From Trypanosoma brucei (taxonomy: Eukaryota): 64,000 nt of DNA. Both the position numbers and the translations under genes were made by a program. Below are positions 56,863 through 64,000 of the stretch, piece by piece; the first letter of the stretch is position 1; each line of letters begins with the position of its first letter. The DNA is taken from positions 960,001 to 1,024,000 of the forward strand of contig AL929603.2 in assembly GCA_000002445.1 (NCBI GenBank), given 5' to 3'. Under the pieces are notes generated by a model. The model searched no databases, was not told the DNA's origin, and was given only the letters and a program-made list of their open reading frames with translations.

Positions 56863-58091
56863 CAGATACTTTCAGATATTTTCCCTCGTTCCATAATAAA
56901 AATAACTTTACGCGTGCGTGCTCTCATCCTTTTCAACTGATAATTTCTTTATCTGGAGTGTCCCTATCTTGGTTATCTTAATTGTGAGTGGTAGTGACTG
57001 TGGTTGTCGCTCCACCATTTGTGTTGTAGGGTAGTGGGGTGTGTTAATTCTTTCTGCATGTGAAGTGAGGAAGAAATGTTTGGTTTTATGCCCACAAGAG
57101 TAGTTTTGTTGCCATTTATTTTTTGGTTATGCAAAGAACCTGTGTGCAGTGAAGATAAATGAGAATTCATTGAAAGGATGAGCGGTTACGTATGTAACAT
57201 CCGTTTTTTTCTACCAGCGTATCTCTAAGGATGGTGACTGGTGGGTGTGGCAAATGATCTAAATGGAGGTAAAAACAGGGAGGGTCACTCGTTATTTTGG
57301 AACTGTTCTATTTTTTGGTGTGTTGGTGGCTAACATAATATCCCATCATGTTACCATATAATCAGGGTCTTCAGTAATGAGCATAATTGTTTGAGACGGT
57401 GTTTTGAGAATGCAACTTTTATCTTTTCTAGTGTATGGCTTAAGAAAATGGATGGCAAGCGGTTGTGCATGTTCACAAAGAGAGGAGCAAAGGCTGTTGT
57501 CAATACCTGTATGAAAGGAGGAGGATGTGCTAAATGAAGCTCAGTAGCAAAGTTGTGTGCATTGGATAAGGGTAAGACATACATGCAAATTAAGCGCGTA
57601 ATCTATTAGAGAGTAAAGGCATAAAGTAACAACTGAAAGTAATGGGGTCAGAGGAGGGTATGGAAAAACATAGCATGAATGTGCAAGTACTCATTATGGT
57701 AGTGGAAGTGTTCATCTGAAGAGTAGATGAGCTCATTGAGAAACTCAAGAAAGCGGTAGCACAACTAAGTTGGGAAAGTGTAATTACCTGGCATGGAGAG
57801 TAAGGAAGTGAATATGTTGGATGAAGAAATTAGGAGAAATGGTGTAACGAAAAGGAGAATACCGCAGTTGTGAGGAAGTCTAACGTTGATATCCAGCTTC
57901 AGGCAAGGGAACTCATGTAACTGCGTGTTTCCGACGTGTGTTACGTTGTGTTGGGTGCTGCTGTAATTGGTTTGTGTCAGGCACTTTCAAGATCCGATAT
58001 TTGCTTGTATATGTCTGTTGAGTGTGTCTGCCAATATCAGTAATGACTGTAATGATAAGTTTGTGATTCTCTCTTTTTGACTAATTGATGT

Positions 58092-59468
58092 ATGAACAGG
58101 ATCACGATGAGGTATGAAATAGTGTTTACTGTTGGGCTGTTTGCGACTGTTTTATCTCCTTCCTTTCAGGGCGATATGGTTGGGTACAAGTGGGCCACAG
58201 AATCTATAAACTGGAGTGCGATTACCAGGCTCGTCGGCGTCAACGACAAGTACCACAACGCTGGTGAGTTCGAGACACTGTGCAGGATTTACAGAATTAC
58301 GCAGGCTGAAGCTCCACAACCTTCCTTTGAGAATCGCGAAAAGGAAGGAGAGATTATGAATAAGTTGGAGGAAATGGTCAAACAGACGGCGGGCGCTGGT
58401 GTTAATAACAGTTCAAGCAAGTCAGGTAGCAGCACAACAGCATATCAGGAGATAAGGAAACTACTTGAAAAAGCGAAAAAACTGAAGGAAGAAATTGAGG
58501 CGAATAGGACAAAAGCCTTATACGCAAGTCGTTCTGCTGAAGATAATATGCTGAGAGCTGTGTATGGCGACGCTGTGGATGTTGCAAGAAATGAGAATAA
58601 AACTCTAGAGCAAGCCATGAGGGGAAACAAATCACTGCTGTTCAATAATGTCGAAAATGCGGGCACGAGCTGCGGTTCTTATGGAGACAAGCTAGTTGGA
58701 AAGACACTAATTAATGACTTTTTCTGCCTATGTGTGGGAGAGGCTAAGAAAGTACAAATCAAGAAAAGTGTAGCAAAAGATGAATATGACCCAACCTATG
58801 ACGGTGTTTATAATGGGTTTAATTGTCCCTGCAAGGATGAGATGAGGAGACCGAGAAGTGGTAGTTGGACCATGATGGCTGAATTTTGTGTAAGTGGGGA
58901 GGATAATTGTAACCCTGAAAACATAAAATACAACTATACTGAGGCATGGGATGTGATCAGCAAAGCTTGTGTATACAAGAATATTGCATCGAATGTGAAA
59001 ACCTTAAAGAGTGCACTAGCTCACTTTGATTCACTAGTAAATTTGGAACAGGATAAATATCAGGTGAGGGGTATTCTTGGGTATGCAAATGCTGAAGAAA
59101 ACACTGATCACATATGTACGGGTCATACTGCTGGATTCACATGTGTTAGTTACAATCACACACTTGAAAATGGTGGGATTCCATGGTACAATCGTCTTAC
59201 TAACGCTACTGAGCAACTGCAAGAAATGGATAAATATGCCAAGGAGGCTGACAGTCATCTTCATGAGTTGGAAGAATACCAACATGAGGCAGAGGAAATA
59301 TTTCTTGAGGTGAAGCTAGGAGGTGATGCGGAGCTATGGAAAAGTAGCCAAGGTAAGGGTGATGGTGAGGGTGATAATACAGTGGTAGATAATGATGGAC
59401 TTACTCATTTGAATATTGCAACTGGGGGTTTTACATTATTAGTTTTATCTCTTATTTGTACGCTTTAG
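58092..59468 (+). CDS. Family B putative GPI-anchored surface glycoprotein, copy B2 (458 aa)
   Basis: Paralog of 32004..33368. Identical C-terminal 130 aa and GPI-type tail. N-terminal and mid-protein patches diverged. Alternative start at 58107. Confidence 0.8.
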   Translation: MNRITMRYEIVFTVGLFATVLSPSFQGDMVGYKWATESINWSAITRLVGVNDKYHNAGEFETLCRIYRITQAEAPQPSFENREKEGEIMNKLEEMVKQTAGAGVNNSSSKSGSSTTAYQEIRKLLEKAKKLKEEIEANRTKALYASRSAEDNMLRAVYGDAVDVARNENKTLEQAMRGNKSLLFNNVENAGTSCGSYGDKLVGKTLINDFFCLCVGEAKKVQIKKSVAKDEYDPTYDGVYNGFNCPCKDEMRRPRSGSWTMMAEFCVSGEDNCNPENIKYNYTEAWDVISKACVYKNIASNVKTLKSALAHFDSLVNLEQDKYQVRGILGYANAEENTDHICTGHTAGFTCVSYNHTLENGGIPWYNRLTNATEQLQEMDKYAKEADSHLHELEEYQHEAEEIFLEVKLGGDAELWKSSQGKGDGEGDNTVVDNDGLTHLNIATGGFTLLVLSLICTL

Positions 59469-59644
59469 TTTGCTTCTACGTTACCTATTATATTATGTTT
59501 TCTTTTGTTTTTTTCGCTTCTTTGTTGCTGCGTCTATGTGGTATAATATGCTTATGTATGTATGTTCATATGTGTGTTAATTTCTCATGAGATGTGAATG
59601 TTTTAAATTATCCCATATAAACTTGTTTTGTTTCTAGATAAGTA

Positions 59645-60739
59645 ATGAAGGTGGTATCACTTTTTCTTGCAGCGTGTCTGGTAATATTGGGTGCTGCCAG
59701 TAAGGCAGTGACGGAGCAGCCTTCCGGTAAGGCCATGACACTCAAGGGAGCTGAAACATTATGCAATCTCAGTCATGCCTTGAGGGTTGTGGGTGCTAAG
59801 ACTCAGGACAAACAAAAGAATGCGACAGAAATGGTGGATAAGTTTCGGGAGTGGAGACATCAGCATGGTGTAAAGGGGAGGACATGGAAGGCAATAGTGC
59901 AGGGTTTGGAGAAGATAGGTGTTGTTAATGAAAGTTACATGGAAGGTATAAAGAAAACATATGCGAAAATGGAAAAGATAATGAACAATACAGACAAGGC
60001 TCTGCAGGTAATGGATACTAGTTTTTTAAACATTGTAAGAGTTTCCTATCATGTTGTGAATGCATCACTGTCAATAGGACAAGTATTGAGGGATCTGGTA
60101 GTATTGTTTGAGCAAACAAAGGGAAGTGAAAATAGTTGGTGCTGTTTGGTAAAAACTGCCTCTTCAGGAAATGGATGTGGAAGTGATGGTAAACGCGAGT
60201 TGGCTAGCGCTCCAGAAGAGTGTAATATGTCTGTTACAAAGGATATGTCAGATGATGGTGTGTTGACTACGCTAAATAATTATAAAACCGATCAACCGGT
60301 TGAATTAACGGACAATAACAGCGCTAAGTGCTGGATCATGGGTACGGAAGAGGTTGCAAATGGAGGAGCTGGATCTTTTATAGTGGGAACTACTGGAGGT
60401 TTCGTTACCTATAGCCAAGGTTCTGCCGTTATCATGAAATCTAGTGACATGGTGCTCAAACTCATCAGCAATTACACTTCAATCAGAGACGGGTATGAAA
60501 GTATTACACAACAGTACCGTGATGTAGAGCCAACTCTTACTTCCTTTGCCGAACTTGAAAATAAACTAAAAAAATTGTTAACTCAGAGTCCGATGGTGCG
60601 TAGGTATTTCAAGGAGAATGGAAGGAAACGCAAGGGAACTGTCGGTGACGATGATGTTATAGATGAAGAAGGATTCACAATGAGGAAGCAACATACCCTA
60701 ATGGGTTTAATGGCTTTTGCAGCAGTTTTGGTTATGTGA
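59645..60739 (+). CDS. Family C putative GPI-anchored surface protein, copy C2 (364 aa)
   Basis: Paralog of 33544..34662. Shorter (GS)n linker. One divergent patch. Confidence 0.8.
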   Translation: MKVVSLFLAACLVILGAASKAVTEQPSGKAMTLKGAETLCNLSHALRVVGAKTQDKQKNATEMVDKFREWRHQHGVKGRTWKAIVQGLEKIGVVNESYMEGIKKTYAKMEKIMNNTDKALQVMDTSFLNIVRVSYHVVNASLSIGQVLRDLVVLFEQTKGSENSWCCLVKTASSGNGCGSDGKRELASAPEECNMSVTKDMSDDGVLTTLNNYKTDQPVELTDNNSAKCWIMGTEEVANGGAGSFIVGTTGGFVTYSQGSAVIMKSSDMVLKLISNYTSIRDGYESITQQYRDVEPTLTSFAELENKLKKLLTQSPMVRRYFKENGRKRKGTVGDDDVIDEEGFTMRKQHTLMGLMAFAAVLVM

Positions 60740-60871
60740 TTCAATGTTATATTTTATATGCTACGGTTCTGTTATTGGTATTGTGCGTTTGTGATACCCA
60801 CTGCTTTTTTGTGTAATGGAGGACATGTGTTTTTCCTCTTTTATATCTTTCGCCACATGTGATTGTAGGTA

Positions 60872-61855
60872 ATGAAAGTTACGATAGCGGAATTGGTTGT
60901 TTTGTTATTTTCTGTAATTTGTATTGATGGGAAGGAGGAGAATGGGTGCACGTTGATAACAGATTATCACGGTGACGCACCTTTAAGTGAGTCCGTATGT
61001 TATCTCAGTTGTCTTTCAGATGCATTAAATAAATTATACGCTGATGGAGAGAACAAACTGTTTGTGAATGAGGAAGTGTATGCAAATGCATTTCGTATAT
61101 TGGATGATATGGAAGGAAGAACAGGTGAAAGTGTTAGATATTTGAGTATTATTAGCGGTGTAATGGAAGGGAAACATGATAAATTGAAAAAGCTTATATC
61201 GTATGGAAATGCAATGGGGGACCTTGTAGCTAAGGCAGGTGGATTATTTGCTGAGGTTAATGAAAGTGTGAGGGCAGTGAGGAAAGAAATACCTGGTGCC
61301 CTTATAAAAGTGAATAAATATTATACGGCTATTGCTGTGATCACAAGGACTGTGTGGGATGATGTTGAGGCATTGGAGCGTGACAGTGATCCGAACTGCC
61401 ATGGCGAAAAAATTAAAAATGTTGGTGAGTTCCAAGTTACGTGTGGCGAACATTTCTGCCCACTAAAAGAAGGTGTTAACGAAAGTACTCTTCAGAAATA
61501 TAAGGATGGATGCCTTGAAATAAATGTTCAAGATAAGTCTGGCCAAATAAGTGAATGCCTTAACTTACCAAGGAATAGTTTGTACAAAAATGGCGCAGTA
61601 AAGTATTCAAGTGACGGAACGAATTGGTATGGAAACGGTAATACTTATTTTCAACTCAAACTCCACGTTCATAGTATGCTTTCCCCTCTCACAATTCCCC
61701 TTGGTGCTGGCCAACCACCTTCTGCACCCCTAGACATGATGGCTAGTATTACTTCCCTGTACTCTCGCTTCAACGAGATACACAAAAACTTTACTTCATT
61801 GCTACTTAACACCAATTTTACTGGAATTGTGAATAGTAGTAATTCCGATTTTTAA
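60872..61855 (+). CDS. Family A secreted/surface protein, copy A3 (327 aa), most divergent paralog
   Basis: Same signal peptide and first ~50 aa as A1 and A2. Conserved central block (AGGLFAEVNESVRAVRKEIPGALIKVNKYYTAIA). Otherwise about 55-60% identity. Confidence 0.8.
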   Translation: MKVTIAELVVLLFSVICIDGKEENGCTLITDYHGDAPLSESVCYLSCLSDALNKLYADGENKLFVNEEVYANAFRILDDMEGRTGESVRYLSIISGVMEGKHDKLKKLISYGNAMGDLVAKAGGLFAEVNESVRAVRKEIPGALIKVNKYYTAIAVITRTVWDDVEALERDSDPNCHGEKIKNVGEFQVTCGEHFCPLKEGVNESTLQKYKDGCLEINVQDKSGQISECLNLPRNSLYKNGAVKYSSDGTNWYGNGNTYFQLKLHVHSMLSPLTIPLGAGQPPSAPLDMMASITSLYSRFNEIHKNFTSLLLNTNFTGIVNSSNSDF

Positions 61856-64000
61856 CAAATGCATGTACGTACATTTCTTTACCTGTTAGCCAACGCGTTT
61901 GCATGCATGTCTGTGTTTCTGTGTGCCCGTGCTCGCTTCCCTCATAAGTTTATCTTGCCTTTCCGTTGCTGCATTTTTATGGGAAAAACTGCACAGTTGC
62001 GCGCTGGCAACGTAATAATATCTTGAACACGGATATTCATGTTTTCGACTACATGAGCAGTAAACATCTTGTCTGTTGCTCACATTCCGGAGGTTGCCTG
62101 ACTTTGTAGAAATGCCAAGCGGCCGCGGTATGTGCCTGTGGTCTCTGACAACGCCGATCACCTTGTTGTGGCGGCAGTGCCTGATACTCCGGCAGAGAGG
62201 AAAACAATATTTAGATTATCACCTGTGATATCGAGATGAAGTTGGTGGTCAATACGTGGTGACCAAAGCAGCCACGGCCAGAACCACTAGGGGTTCTTGA
62301 AGAAGCTATATTCTTTGTGTGCGTGTTCCTGCAGTTGTAAGCGCGCGAGCACGTTTTGTGTTAATTGAATCCTCTCGCTCTGAAGTGGGGGTGCCGGACA
62401 GATCCCAGTCTCCACTCATCACGTAAGCCAGCGGAGCAACGGGAGTTTCCACCACGGAGAATGACCTTCACTTTCGAAAGTGTTTCACAAAGATGTGATA
62501 GCCTTTGAGCGCACCCAAGGGACGCGCCTGAAGGTTGTGAACGTCACACTGTTCACCCTCTACGGTCGCAAGCACACAAGGTTTTGGCCCGTTTCAAAAT
62601 GAAAGGCTTCGAGGTGTCCGCACCCCTTAGGAGCATGATGGTTGTCGTCAAATGTCCAAAACAAATGAAGCCTTAGAAGGTGTAACCGCTACACTGCTGC
62701 GTACAAACGGCAAGGAGCTCGTCCTATCCTCTGCAGCATATTTTCCTGAAGGCTTCAACGCGATTACGGGAAGGCTGAAGCAACTGAGCGAGAATTTAGA
62801 GCCGCTGGTTATCAGTAAACGTTAACACCTACCATGATGTTTGAGAGTTCCATGTTTCAAAGGATCTGTGTGGTGGAATTCGATAGTTAACTAGCGTCTG
62901 TAACGGAGCTTCAGAGTTTCCCATAATGAAGCTCCAGCCCAGTAGAGATTAATTGGAGGCTGATTTCCTTCCGCAGGCATTACCTGAAATAGGGATGGCG
63001 AGGTAAATTAGCAGATGGCGGAGAATAGCTTCATTTACGATCACAGTTGTGTGGCTCTCGATGCTGAAGCAGTGAATGGCATGCAGGGAATATGTACGCC
63101 GCATACTCTTTGGGTCAGTGTATTTGTGGAAGAGTGAAAGCTGGCTGATTATATGTAATGAAAAGCAGGTGTCCTTTAGAAGGACAGAAAGGTGGTGAAG
63201 GGAGTGGATGAACTCAATGGAGCTATGCAGCTCTTTTTCTGGTCTCGTCGAGAACGATCCGTGGCGGCACGGGCACCGCACCACCAAACTGGGCGCCGAA
63301 CCGACAGTATTCGAAAAAGAAAATAAGACGATACTTGGACTTGACGAAGAGTACGGCTTTCACTTATTCAAGAAGGAACCCGCTTAATGAAACAGCTTTA
63401 GGGGCGTGGAGAGAGGACGATCCCGCGCCATCTACCGCGGAAAGAAAAAATTGGGTGCGCCTTAAACCAGCGCTCATACAGGTACCGTCATCCAGCATCG
63501 CTCTCGCGCAACGGGCAATCGCTCACGAACGGCAAGACGGCGGGTGCAAACCTTGGCGGATATTTATGCGAAGACTCTTGTAGTCACCCGGATCTGCATC
63601 CGATGGCAACGAACACTCTATTTGAACCGTTTGCACGCACCAAAATGACACAGGTCCTTTGGGACCTTTGCAGATGCGGGACGGCGGGGAGACGATGAGA
63701 TTCAGTGCGACGATTTGAAGGAGATGGACAGAGTCGGAAGATGGTATTAACAGCAACTCCGAAACCATTTCCTGGAACAGGCAAAACCCTTGAGTAGTGG
63801 AAGCGTGGAATCAACATTTGCTCCTGGAACAAAGCAAGCCGATTGAGGGGATTAAATCATTTTCCGTTGTGACGCTGGATGTCGCTGTGAATAAACTGAG
63901 GGAGAAGATGCTGATCTGGAGGTTTAAGAACCGTGTATAAGGATGGTTGCTGGTACAATAGTTCAATTTTGTTCCACAATAATCTATAACCAGCTTCGCT

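Larger units (their letters stand above)
56690..61855 (+). repeat. Second copy of the ~5-kb surface-protein cassette (A fragment-spacer-B-C-A)
   Basis: Collinear with 30.6-35.8 kb. The spacer is about 96% identical. The genes are mosaically diverged. Confidence 0.9.

Noticed and set aside
1-64000. Prokaryotic-style features (CRISPR arrays, operon promoters, rho-independent terminators, transposase-bounded IS elements)
   Set aside because: Gene structure, repeats and protein families are those of a trypanosomatid nuclear genome. No direct-repeat/spacer array or IS-like inverted repeats were seen. No tRNA, rRNA or SL-RNA-like sequences were recognised by eye, though a tRNAscan/Infernal run would be needed to exclude small RNAs.

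Overview
This window reads as nuclear DNA from an African trypanosome (Trypanosoma brucei group), not a prokaryote. All convincing genes lie on the + strand with no introns, separated by polypyrimidine-rich intergenic tracts of the kind used for trans-splicing and polyadenylation. Intergenic regions carry dense microsatellites: (AT)n, (GT)n, (ATT)n.

One ORF (4186..5223) is an unmistakable type-I protein arginine methyltransferase of exactly 345 aa (PRMT1). One (26718..27620) is a class-3 lipase-like gene that I believe is the chromosome-1 phospholipase A1 (PLA1) locus. If that is right, this is the boundary between the housekeeping core and the subtelomere-like region of T. brucei chromosome 1, but I cannot confirm it without a search.

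Layout:
- 1-2.65 kb: microsatellite-dense low-complexity DNA with no genes.
- 2.7-27.6 kb: a housekeeping polycistron. It holds a hypothetical protein, PRMT1, two low-complexity hypotheticals, a SET+MYND (SMYD-like) protein, a FAM91-family homolog, a Vps39/Vam6-like CNH protein, an ABHD17-like serine hydrolase, a hypothetical, a SpoU/TrmH-type RNA methyltransferase and the class-3 lipase/PLA1-like gene.
- 29.4-35.8 kb and 56.7-61.9 kb: two copies of a ~5-kb tandem cassette of three signal-peptide surface-protein families, A, B and C. B and C have C-terminal hydrophobic GPI-type tails. Truncated gene fragments mark the cassette junctions. The copies differ in a patchwork (mosaic) way.
- 35.9-47.7 kb: an ~11.7-kb stretch with no intact genes, only broken ORFs on both strands.
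- 47.8-50.0 kb: an ESAG8-like leucine-rich-repeat protein gene.
- 53.3-56.2 kb: two further putative GPI-anchored surface protein genes.

I saw no rRNA, tRNA or CRISPR features. The most interesting feature is the arrangement of the LRR protein followed by ordered surface-protein cassettes, which looks like a chromosome-internal, expression-site-like surface-antigen locus.
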